Assembly (NCBI RefSeq): GCF_035594765.1
Contig: NC_085841.1
Span: 302,569,402-302,633,401, forward strand
Direction: 5' to 3'
Length of the DNA stretch: 64,000 nucleotides
Source: Anolis carolinensis
Taxonomy: Eukaryota
The translations under genes and the position numbers were made by a program. Shown piece after piece: positions 51,531 through 63,044 of the stretch (positions are counted from its first letter, which is position 1; each line of letters starts with the position of its first letter). A model generated the notes under the pieces. It was not told where the DNA came from. It made no database searches and saw only the letters and a list, made by a program, of their open reading frames with translations.

Positions 51531-51821
51531 GGAGCCCCCAGTGGCATAATGGGTTAAACCCTTGTGCCGGGAGGACTGCTAACTTGAAGGTTAGGTTGCT
51601 GACCTGAAGGTTGCCAGTTCGAATCCAACCTAGGGAGAGCGTGGATAAGCTTCCTCTGTCAGCTCCAGCTCCATGCAGGGACATGAGAGAAGCCTCCCAC
51701 AATGATGGCAAAACATCAGAACGTCCGGGTGTCCCCTGGGCAACGTCCTTGCAGACAGCCAATTCCCTCATACCAGAAGCAACTTACAGTTTCTCAAGTT
51801 GCTCCTGACATGAAAAAAAAA
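51531..51821 (+). mobile_element. tRNA-derived SINE, full length, A-tailed
   Basis: Head GGAGCCCCCAGTGGC..AGTTCGAATCC; 3' end GCTCCTGACATG(A)n; 9-bp TSD TCCTGAAGT (51522-51530, 51822-51830). Confidence 0.88.
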
Positions 51822-53822
51822 TCCTGAAGTTTGAAATCAATAAACCTACCCTTCTTGAAGTCAAGAAACTTTTCTAAGAAACCAGTAATTTGTATCTTTC
51901 TGTATCCTGTTACACCATGAGCTCAACAAACATGTTAACTGCTAATGTTCCTGTTGCATTAGTATCAACTTCATTGCTGCATCTAAATAAGCAGTTTGAA
52001 GATGTTGATCTATGAAAGCTTGTGCTGCAATCAATACTAAAGGTGCTGCTAGATTGTTCCTTCTACCTTCCCATTTTGGGGCTTTACTTCTCATTGGGTG
52101 TGTTTGCGATTGCAGTCTTGGAATGTAAAATTCTACTGATAAAAATCAACAAAAGTGTGAAACACTCTTCAGTACTAACAATTTGCATGTGTATGACATG
52201 TACTGTGTTTGGAACAGATATCTACATTTAGAATTGATCCATTAATCCCTTATGAAGTTATTGTTACAATTCAGTTCCACTCTGGTGATCCAAAAAAATC
52301 AAAGGCTATAGTGGTTCAATAGCAGAGCATATACCTGGTACACCAAAGGCCTCTCCCAGGTTCACTTCCTGACATTACCAGGCAGGAATGACAAAGTTCC
52401 CTGTCTGATATTCTGGACAGCCGCTGCCAGTCATTGTGTGTGAACAATACTGTTATAACTAAACTAGTGGTATGATTTGATGTAACTTACCTCCTTATGT
52501 TCTTAATCCATTCAGTAACATGAGAGTCTGGGGATCGAAATGCTCCATTCTCATTTAGGAATTTAGTTCTCAGCCTGGGCCAGCCCTGTCATTGGGCACA
52601 ATGAGGCAGCTGCCTCAAATGGCAGATGCTGAGTAACAGAAAGCAGCAAAGGTGCCAGCTTCCCTCTGGTGTGATGATGTTGTTTATATGCCAACAGTGA
52701 ATTCAAATTCAGCTGTCAGTCTGACTGTTGTCTGTTTCTGGGTGGTAGAGTGCAATCTTCTCCTCCACCTCTTGAATGGCCTGACTCTTTCAGGACAATC
52801 CTTTTAAGGCAGTGGTTCTCAACCTGTAGATCTCCAGATGTTTTGGCCTTCAACTCTCAGAAATCCTATCAGCTGGTAAACTGGCTGGGATTTCTGGGAG
52901 TTGTAGGCCAAAACATTTGGGGACCCACACACACCCAAAACATACATAAACACAGTCGTTTTTCTATATCCCAGTCTGCTCTTCCCTGCAGTTTTGCATC
53001 ACAGTTGTTCCACACACAGTGGTCTGCTGCTAGTTCTCTAGTAATTAGGAAACACCAGATCATTTATCTCCCCTTGTATCTTTACATTCATTGTGGAGGA
53101 CCAAGCATTTTAACCACCCTCACACCTTCCTTCATACTCAGTGTCACTGTGGCTGGTCCGGTAAATAGTGTCTCTCCACATAGCAAGGAGTGCAAGTGTA
53201 CTTCATGGCCAATCCTATAGACTAAGTACCCCCCTAACGTCCTTTGTGTTCCTGCAGTGGCAGCATTGCATGTTGTCTCCCCCCCCCATGAGGTTTGGAG
53301 GAATTGGGGAGCTGGAATCCAAAAAAGTAGCTTCTCCAAGCTCTGCTGAATACCCACCCTCCCTTTTCCTCCTTCCAATGTCCCTCTTTCCTTGAAGGAA
53401 CTAAATCCCTGCCCCAGGCTTTTCAGACTGCTAGAATTCCTCAGTTAATGCAGCATAATTGCTACCAGACGCAAAGCAAGGCTGGAAAAGTTGTGGGATG
53501 ATTAGAAGCAGATTCAAAGACAGGGCAAACCTTGCTGAGGCAGACAGCTCTGAGGGCAATAACCAGCTCTCCTGGGCAAACACACGGCACTGGCACTCGG
53601 CTGGCTCCCCGGGGAGCTCCTTCTGGAGGCACTTTCCCAGGCAAGGTGCCCATACAAACCTGGCTCCTCCTGCAGACATGAAAACTGATGAAGAGCAGCA
53701 AGGAGGACGACATGCCTTATCCCACCAGCCTCATTTGCTTTGGGTTCTTTGATTTTCTCTAACTCTGTGAACCCGCTAATCCCAAGAAATCCTCAAATGG
53801 AGGTTGCCAAGTCAGTGTTCTT

Positions 53823-54056
53823 CGTGTTGTCGAAGGCTTTCATGGCCGGGATCACAGGGTTGTTATATGTCTTTCGGGCTGTGTGGCCATGTTCCAGAAG
53901 TATTCTCTCCTGACGTTTCGCCCACATCTATGGCAGGCATCCTCAGAGGCATCCATGCCTCACAGCCTCTGAGGATGCCTGCCATAGATGTGGGCGAAAC
54001 GTCAGGAGATAATACTTCTGGAACATGGCCACACAGCCCGAAAGACATACAACAAC
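53823..54056. mobile_element. Palindromic Penelope pLTR insertion with two hammerhead motifs on opposite strands
   Basis: 11-bp TSD TCAGTGTTCTT (53812-53822, 54057-54067); inverted arms of ~90-100 bp; cores at 53912-53946 (-) and 53969-54003 (+). Confidence 0.88.
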
Positions 54057-57000
54057 TCAGTGTTCTTTGCTTGACCCAGCAGAAGTTTCAGCTCCAGAGA
54101 AGCAAAAGGTTATGAGAAAGACAGGTAGATACTCAAGGATTGTTTCAGTACAGCAGCCCTTTCCCACATAGCATCTGCCACTGGGAACTACTACCCCCCC
54201 CCCCCCACTTTCAATTAAGAAAAACAGTTGCCACTTGTCTTCATTATTTGAAACATCTCTCATTTTGCCAATGCACTGTACTAGCCCAGGGAATAGATTC
54301 AAGATGGGGACAAGGAAGGAGGCTATGAGATTTAGTCCATATAAAATACAATGATGCTCAACAACTGTGAAAGGAGCTTAGGGGAGCACAACATTTTTGG
54401 ACTACAGCTCCCACCCTCAGTCAGCATGAACTCAAGAAATTTAGGGAGCTGTAATTTTTAAAAAGATTTTCCAAACCTCTGTAGCAAATAGATTCATATA
54501 AGAGGTTTTGAATAGATGCTAACCCTAATAGCTATACATTAACACCAATGTTAGAGATGTTATGTCTTACAGTGTCTGGAGAATTTTTATCATGATCATT
54601 TCCTTGTAACTGCCATACTTTTATCCTATGGAATCCTGGGATTTGCAGTTTTGGGAGTGATATTTAGAATTATCAGCTGGAGAACTCTAATGTCGCACAA
54701 AACTACAAATACCAGGACTTAAATTAAGTTGCTGTGGTAGTTAAAATGGAATCACGTTGTCATAACTATGTGCGTGATGACACCTGTATTCATTGGACCA
54801 GTTCAGATACCAGGAGGTCTCACTTACCTGTGATCCATGGCTGCTGCCACAAACCAAGATCCTCACATTTCCATCCCTTTACAATGGGAGCTCACCTTGT
54901 CCCGCAGATTCGAACATCCAACCTTCCGGTCAGCAAGTTCTGCAGCTTAGCAGTTTAACCCACTGCGCCACTGCAGCCCCTTAAGGGATCATAGTATAGT
55001 GTAAACAGCCCCTAGCTGATTCAGAATAGATGGGAGGGTGTTAGCATCTTGTTAGCCATTTTGGAAACAGAATGCAACAGAATTGCATGTTGGGATTGTT
55101 CCTTTTTTTTTTTTTTTTGTCTCTCCCTACATCACATGTTGACTGTGCAGATCCTTTACTGCCCTACCACATAAAAGTACAGTCGACAAATCATCTTTAA
55201 AATAGTATGAAAGTAATTTAAAGCGTCTGAAACACTTTAACATGACAGAAAAATCTACTGTCCAGTGAACAAAACTAAAGTTTTGGTCGTCCTCTATCAC
55301 TGTATTATATAGATGCTAACTGCTGTGGGATCGCATTCTTCATGTACTACGTCTAGTGCAACACACTAGGTTAGGGCCCTCAGAAAGAACATGCAGCACA
55401 TTTACACACAGTTTTCCATTAATGGAAAGAAGGAACTGGAAAGCTTACAAGGAACAACTTGGGGGCTAACACTACTTTGCTCTCCCTGCCTCAGCCCCTG
55501 TAAAGGTAGGTGATACAATTAGCCCTGGCCATACCGTTTGAAAGCATGTTGATGATATGCACAGTGAAAGTTCCTGTTACAGCTGGGTATCTGGGGGAGG
55601 TGGGGGGGGGGGTTACATCATTGTCAAGGAAGCATTCACTACCCCTTTGTTCACCATCCTCCCACTCAGTGCAAACAGTCTTTGTCATACCAGGTATTGG
55701 CTGTAGGTGCAGGTATTCTTTCTTACTCCTGATTACATACCACACAGAGACATTGCCTGATGCCTACAGGGGGTATATCCTGGCACAGACAATGCCAGTG
55801 CACTGAGGTGGAAAAGGAGCACAATTATGATGGCAGAGCAGTGTGTTCTGCCAGGTTAACTAAAGATCCTGGCCACTGTTTCCAGGGTGTTTTATTTCCA
55901 TACAAATAATTCAGGTGCTCTGAGAAACGTTTCTTGGGAAATTACCTTAGCAGCATGCCAAGACCCCCTAGGAAGGTAGGAATGTTCTAGGGTCTTCCCA
56001 CAGTTATTGCTGTAGATGGTAGCAGTGGAAAGATCTACTACTATGATCACAACCATTGTATCTGGTAAATAAGAAAACTCGGCAGGGTCTCAGAGGAGAT
56101 TGGGAAAATGTTCAGGTTCCATTCATAGTTGAGCTATAGGATCTGTTTGTCCAACTCACTGAATACATTCTGTTTTCTATTCTTCATATCTGACCCCAGC
56201 AGTTTGATGTCTCATGTGCCAAATCTATGCAATCTCCTTAATCACCCTAACCATAGGCCTTCCTTGTTCTACACCCCTTAGGATTGTTTGCTATATTGTG
56301 TAGTCAAACAGTGATAAGTAGAAAAATGTGAAGTTCTCCAAATATTGTTGGGTTTCATCTCCCACCAATCCAAGCAGCATAACTATGCTGGGAGCTGTAG
56401 TTCAGAAACACCTGGAGGGCTCCAAATTCCCCTTTACTGATTTATAGTCTGTCAGCAGACTATATCCTATGATGTCAGCTGTCATTCAAAAAATGTAGTA
56501 GGTAATCACAGTGGCAGACTTTGACAGGGAACCTAAAGATAGAGAAAGACTCTATATATGTATGCATGTATGGTTATATAACTAAAATGACCATTGCCTT
56601 CAGATAAGGATGTCTGCAACTGTTATTGAAATGACTGACTGAATAAATGGATTGATACCATATAGTTCAATTACTTTGTTTATTTAAGTGGGCTTCACTG
56701 TAGGTATAACAATAAAAAACCTGCAAGGCATTTTTGGGAAACATTATGCAAATTATTCCAAAGGCAATGGCATTATGTCTGCCTCTTCCCGAATGGAATG
56801 AAGCAGCAACCAAATACAATGGCATCTCCCAAGCTGAGAGCCCTTCATCATACAATGGAGATTTCTTCCACACTTTAGTGGTCACCCTGCCCCACCCCAG
56901 TCAATTTTAGGCCATTGGTTTCCATCCCACACTGATAGCACACTGAGGGTGCTGGTGCTATCTGAAATCTAGAGAAACGGAGCAATAGTTGGACTGAATT

Positions 57001-58442
57001 GAAAGCTGAACATTAATATTCTTGGGGTTTAGGCCATACACTTACACTGGAGCCCACATGCTGAGGGCTCCCATGACAACACTGGCTAGAAGGGATGTCA
57101 ACATCCATTTACAAAGCTCAGGGGCTATCTTCTCTTGGTATGCCCTCAGACACTTGGAGCAGCAGCGAAGTGGGGAGGCCTCTATTGTGCTTCTCCCATT
57201 CCCTACACATAGGAACCAGCTGTCAGAATCAAAATATCTAGTCAGTAAAGGACATTTCCTTTAAGTAACCTTGGAACTGGGAGGAAACATTGCGCAGGGG
57301 ACACCTACCAAAAAAAGAGCAACAAAAAATGAAAGGGAATCCTGGTTACATTACAAAGATTACATGCCCTTTCCAAGACTCCCCAATGCTGGAATCTTTC
57401 ACTATGGCAGACCTTTTGGGTCCAATTCTCCTCAGAGCCACACATCAGATATCTGCTGTCTCGAGGACCATCACTCTTAACCTTCCACACAAATGTCTTG
57501 ACATAAGCATTCATTTGGCATGAGTCAAACAATGTACTGACTATGTGTGTGTCTTTTTTTCTTTCAAAACAACTACTGTTGTGATTGTTTCAATGCAGAA
57601 AGTAATCTCTCCCATTCCGCCGTCTATCTGGCCATCCACCTGCCATGAGCGGGAATGAAGACAGACCAAGTTTCTCAGGACGTCTCTTAGCAGGCAGGTA
57701 GGTCCAGTTGCAGGAATACTCCCTGAGGAGAACAAGTCGTTTGAACTTGCAATATTGAGAACTCAACTGGGACAAAGTGATAAAAAATTATGAAAGTATA
57801 CATTGGCCGGTCACCTTTCCTGGGCATGTCCCATCACAGACTCCAAGCAGAATCTTGGGAGGTGGTGCCGAGACAATTCCTTTTTGTCTTCACATTCATT
57901 TTTGGGTGTGAATTAATTAGCACTGCTGGCAACTTCCCATTCATTTTCACAGACTCTTTTCATTCACACACAAGTGCAAAGCCTCCAGGAAAAGGAGGAA
58001 AATTCTCTTACATACCATCCTTTTGTCCCATTTGGCACACAGGCATAACCCTCAGCTGGTTATATCCTTACATCTGGTTATTTCCAGAGTATGGAAGGGG
58101 ACTTCAAATTTCACCAATATTTCAAGAGCAGTAAGTCAGAAAATGGGATCCAGGATGCTTCTCCCATTAAACTGTATCACAGCATCCAATTCCTACTCTC
58201 TTTCTTTTCTGGAGAAGCATAATCGGGGGCCATATAGATTGGAATGGCTGCTTCATGGTTAGCAAATAAGAAAGAGGAAAGGTGTTAGTGTTTTATCTCT
58301 TTATCTGGCTTTGCTGTTTGTTTGTTGTTTTTTTAAAGAAGGGCTTCATCTGGAATTGAATAGTAAAACAGTTGTCTGTCTGGAGAACAGGAAAACAAGT
58401 TCTGCAACAGCTCTGCCAAGCGGTGTCTGCCTACATCCCAGA

Positions 58443-59852
58443 TTATCTCGCTGTGCCGATGTTCCTGTACTGACACATGAGAAGGTGCTTAAAGGTTTTC
58501 TTGAATGTGGCATTGCAAAGGGCATAGCAAGCAGGGTTAATGGTGCTATTGACATAGCACAACCAATACCCAATGGACCAGACTGTATCAGGGATGCAAT
58601 AATCACAGAAGGTATTAATGAGGACCATCACATTGTAAGGCGTCCATGTCAGGATGAAGGCAAGCAAGATGGCAAAGATGGTTCTGGTGACCTTCTTCTC
58701 CCGAGCTGCCATTTGGCGCTTCTTCCGGACCTGACTCCTGGCGATGCTAGCAAATTTCCTGGCTACATTAGCCGGACGGCTGTTTGCCAAAGTAATTGCA
58801 TTGGAACTGGCTTCTTTTTCTCCCACAATCTCAATGGCTGTGACACACTCTGAACCAGTTTGCTTAGTGACAATCTTAATTTTTGACCACTTAGAGGCAG
58901 GGTTGATCCTTGGAGGAGCTGGGCTTTGTCCTTGGTCAGCTGGCACAATTTCCAGTGCCTGCTTCTCTTTATTAGTCTGAGTGATGCTTACTGTGCTGGA
59001 TTCATTGGAGGTCTCTTTCTCTTCTTGATGTCCAGTAGTCTCTGAGGGTTGTAAGGGCTGCTCTTCTACTTTCCCATTTTTCACCTCCTTCACTTCTACT
59101 GCTTTTTTTGGACTGTTGTTGTTATTCTGCTTAACTAGTGGGGTCTTCAAAAAACTTAGTGGCTTAGACCTCTTCTCCTTCTTGCTCTCAGGCCTGTGCC
59201 TCCTCACACGGCTCCGGCTAGCCAGCGAGATGTGGATGTAAAGCACAGTCATGATGACCACTGGGAGGTAGAAAGCCGCAATGGCGGTGCCAAAGGTTAC
59301 CGCTGGGTTGGAGAGGAACTGTATGTAACACTGCCCTTCTGGAACTGTCCTCTTCCCAACAATGAACTGCCAAAATAATATGGCAGGGGCCCAGAGGATA
59401 AAGGATAATATCCAAGCAACTGCAATCATTAACCCTGCCATTTTAGTTGTCCGTCTAGCTGGGTAGGTCAGTGGCTTGGTGACACAAAAGTAGCGGTCAA
59501 AACTGATTATGAGTAAGTTCATGACAGAGGCATTGCTCACCACATAGTCCAGGGCCAGCCAGAGGTCACATACCACAGCCCCAAGTGGCCAATAGCCCTT
59601 GATAATATAGACTGTGTAGAGATTCATGGAGAAGACTCCAATTATCAGGTCTGCACAGGCCAAACTAAAAAGGAAGTAGTTATTGACAGTCTGGAGTTGA
59701 CGGTTGACTTTGATGGACAGCATGACTAAGATATTTCCCACCACAGTGACAAGGCTCAGCGAGCCAGTGACTGTGGCTATAAAGACCATCTCCACAGTTT
59801 TATATTTGGCGGTGCCTTCTTCAGTGATGTTGTCATTGGTGAAGTTGGCCAT
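58443..59852 (-). CDS. CHRM4: Muscarinic acetylcholine receptor M4 (class A GPCR), intronless CDS, 469 aa from MANFT
   Basis: Seven TM segments; [24 protein letters not shown], long i3 loop, WTPYN, NPACY; M4-type [24 protein letters not shown] and C-terminal [10 protein letters not shown]; synteny. Splice acceptor at 59894/59893; alternative ATG at 59858. Confidence 0.97.
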   Translation of the reverse strand: MANFTNDNITEEGTAKYKTVEMVFIATVTGSLSLVTVVGNILVMLSIKVNRQLQTVNNYFLFSLACADLIIGVFSMNLYTVYIIKGYWPLGAVVCDLWLALDYVVSNASVMNLLIISFDRYFCVTKPLTYPARRTTKMAGLMIAVAWILSFILWAPAILFWQFIVGKRTVPEGQCYIQFLSNPAVTFGTAIAAFYLPVVIMTVLYIHISLASRSRVRRHRPESKKEKRSKPLSFLKTPLVKQNNNNSPKKAVEVKEVKNGKVEEQPLQPSETTGHQEEKETSNESSTVSITQTNKEKQALEIVPADQGQSPAPPRINPASKWSKIKIVTKQTGSECVTAIEIVGEKEASSNAITLANSRPANVARKFASIARSQVRKKRQMAAREKKVTRTIFAILLAFILTWTPYNVMVLINTFCDYCIPDTVWSIGYWLCYVNSTINPACYALCNATFKKTFKHLLMCQYRNIGTAR

Positions 59853-60781
59853 CTTCATCAGGCCAGGCTGAGAAGAGAAGTTGTATGCAGACTCTGTAGA
59901 AATGGAGAGAAGAGGAGAAGGAGACATTACATATCTGCAGGACTCAATTCAGAGAGCCACAGTGGGTAACGGTTAGCATGTCAGACTAGGACTAAGATGG
60001 CCAAGGTTCAAATGTCCACTCAGTTATGAAGCTGGGTGGGTGAACTTGCTGCATGTTTGTGTGATTAACTGGCCCACCAAGGTTGTTTGGAAGACAAAAC
60101 AGAGTCTCTTACAGGGAAAGCAGAATTTCTGTCTGTCTGTAATTCCTTGTCTCAAAGGTTAATGCTCAAGAATGTTTTCCACCATCCCTGGATATTTTAA
60201 TTCAGATGAATTCTAAAACAAGTTTGAATGTCATATTTCTCTTTGTAGGTCATCTCTGATTTGACCAAGGCTCTCCCTGCTTAAACTATTTAGCTGATTT
60301 GTCCTAAAGATCACATATTTCCGTTCCACCCTGTTTTTCAGGGGTGTCAGGGTGTCTTTAAAGTCTACAATATGGGTGCAGTGTAAAAGGGACTGGCAAA
60401 TGGGAGAAGTAGACAGTTTGGTTCAACTTCACTTCTCAATGAGGGACTCTAGTGGAAAGGTTATATAAAGATCAGCTAACAATGCATCAGCAAGTTTGCA
60501 TTACAACAAGACGTTGATATCCACTAGGGTTTGGTCCCAGGACCTCCCTGGATACCAATGGATGGTCAGGTCTCATTATATATATTGGCTTAGTAAAATA
60601 GTATCCCTTACATAAAATAGCAAAACTAAGATTTGATTTTTTGGATTTAAACCAAAACATATTTTCAAGCTTTGGATGACTGAATATGTGGACACAGAAT
60701 CCATGAATACGAAGGGCCAATTAAAGTTTGCTTTATCATACAGTTATAGTTTTGTGAGGTGTTTAAAATTCTCTGCCAAAC

Positions 60782-61361
60782 AACAACGGTCTACTGGAAA
60801 AATATCCATACAGAATGTCAAAAAATCCTGGGAAAGAATTTCTCAATGAGACCTGAATATTATCTATTAGAAATGTTTGACTCAGAACTCTTTGCAGACC
60901 AAAATAAAGAAAAAGTTATTCACATATTTTACTACTGCTGCAGGAATGGTCTTTACGAAAAGGTGGAAATTGGATACAATACTGGATACAAAGGATTGGA
61001 CAATTAAAGTAATGGAAATAAAGGACATGGACAAATTAACATTCTTGTTAAAGGAAAATACAGGCAGTGGAGTAAAAACGACTGATTGGTTAATTTTTTA
61101 AGATTACTTAAAGAAAAACTAAGGACTTGAGAGGGAAAGAAAAATTCTTTTTGATTTATTTTTCTGGACCTTATTAGAAACTGAATGGATGGAAGAAGAA
61201 CGGAAATCATGGACTTGTCCCTTCTCCCCTCCCTGACCCTTTCCTCTCCCTCCTTTCCCCTTTTTTCCTCTTCTCTCTTTCTATCCTCTTTCCTACTTTT
61301 TCTTTACGTAAAATGTTCTCCCACTTTTTATGTAGTAAAAACTTTTCTCGTAATAAAAATA
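60782..61361 (+). mobile_element. L1-clade LINE 3' fragment in the CHRM4 5' intron
   Basis: YWKNIHTECQKIL..PEYYLL and AAGMVFTKRWK..DW..DKLT resemble an L1 ORF2 C-terminus; AATAAA at the end; 20-bp TSD TTTAAAATTCTCTGCCAAAC (60762-60781, 61362-61381). Confidence 0.8.
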
Positions 61362-62665
61362 TTTAAAATTCTCTGCCAAACTACAAATCCCAGAATGTCA
61401 TAGGATGGAGCCTTGGCAGTCAAAGTGTTATCAGAGTGTTATAACTCTGTGGTGCAAAAGAGACCTTAGAAGACACTTTTCCCTTAGGTTATCTGATCCT
61501 TGAGGAGGCTGTTTCCAGCTGCTGCTTGACAAACTGCAGCAACTCTTTTTGTCCCTTGTCATTCCCCCTGGGATTGTCAGCTCAGTCAAAACAGTCCTAC
61601 CACTTTAAGGCCCCACATTTTTCCAGGCCAATGTTATCTTTAACTAAAGTTTCACAAAACAGTCTTTCTGTGCTTTCCCCATCTGCCCTCAAATCCCTTC
61701 AGCCTTCTCTACCAGAGCTATTTATGACATCCATTTATACCTTAGTGGAGTGGAACAAGCCCCAGAAGTCACTTAGAACTTGGTTTTTAAATTTATTTCA
61801 TGAGTCGATGCAGATGCTCAGAGCTCCAGAATAATGAAGTGAGATTGGGTCAGGGAGAGTCTAGTTAATAGCCTTCTGGCTGGCCCATGCTCCAGGGGTT
61901 TGCTGGGGGAGCCTGCCCTCTGCTGGATCTTTCCAGTATTGAACCATTATAGTCAGTCCCTTAGGTTCTGCCACAGACCTGGATCTGGGGAAAGGGAGCC
62001 ACAAAGGATATTTGGTGCAAGCAGGAGAAGTGTTTATTGGTTGGAGCATTGTTTCATCTAAAATGTGGTTCATTTTATCCAATTAAAGTTGGACCTTTTC
62101 CCCAAATTTTCTCTAGGTAACAAAACCATTCAGTCATGGAAGTGCCAGTTCTGAGTTTGAAAGGCTGAGCAAGGCAATCGGTGATATGAGATCTTGGAAG
62201 TCTCTCATTCGTAGTCAAAGTCAACTTAATGACAAATAACAACAAGAGGAACATTGCAAATTGGTCAAACCATAGAGTCTCAGAATCTCTGGGATTTTCT
62301 TGGCATCTTTGATATGGCTGCATGTGCCTGTAATGCCATCAACATAGGTATCATACAATGGTAGGTCCCAGGGCTAAAGACACACATTTCACAAGGGACA
62401 CGCTTTCTATCCCATTGGAGGAATAAAGTAACAATCCACTCACAAATGAAACATTTTCTCTCTCTTCCTCACACACTTGGAGGTAAGGGATTATATAAAA
62501 CATTGGCTGAGATCTTGTATGAAGGTCTGAGGTGTAAAATTATTTCCAGGCGCAACTCTGCCTCCTCTCACACAAGAATCATATGCTCCGCACCACCTGC
62601 TTCCTCCATTTAATAGGCAATGAAGAGTGGGGGGCAGTGGGAGAGGGTCCAGCTACCCTCTACAG

Positions 62666-63044
62666 CAAGGGACTGGTCCACAATCCTTCAGACTGTTGAG
62701 GAGCCGAATTATCATTTGAAGAAAAAATACGAACAAATTCCCATGCACACCACACATGTCTTATTTGTAGTGCAAAAAAAAAAAACCAACAACAACGAAA
62801 GAACAATTCAATATTTAAAAATAAAAACAATTTTAACCAACATAAACCTATCATGATTTCAGTGGGAAGTGTGTGCCTGCTTCTGGCCAATGAGATAGTC
62901 AAGTTAATTAGGATTGTTGTTGTTGTGTCCCTTCAAGTCATTTCAGACTTTGGGCAAACCTAAGTCTAAAACTGAAGGCAAGGGCCAGGTAAATGACCTT
63001 GGAGGGCTGCATCCGGCCCACAGGCCTTCGTTTGGGGACCCCTG
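62666..63044. mobile_element. Non-autonomous hAT element, same family as 44236-44994, lacking the AT-rich insert and with a damaged left TIR
   Basis: 8-bp TSD CTCTACAG (62658-62665, 63045-63052); right TIR TTTGGGGACCCCTG. Confidence 0.88.

Noticed and set aside
38730-51630. tRNA genes at SINE 5' ends
   Set aside because: Only A/B-box remnants, no full cloverleaf, and embedded in TSD-flanked SINEs.
58311-58853. 180-aa antisense ORF overlapping CHRM4, and antisense ORFs over the R4, BovB and L2 RT regions
   Set aside because: Shadow ORFs of real coding frames with no independent support.
59853-59927. 494-aa CHRM4 starting MSPSPLL as given by the ORF track
   Set aside because: That ATG lies upstream of the splice acceptor at 59894/59893, at the intron's polypyrimidine tract.
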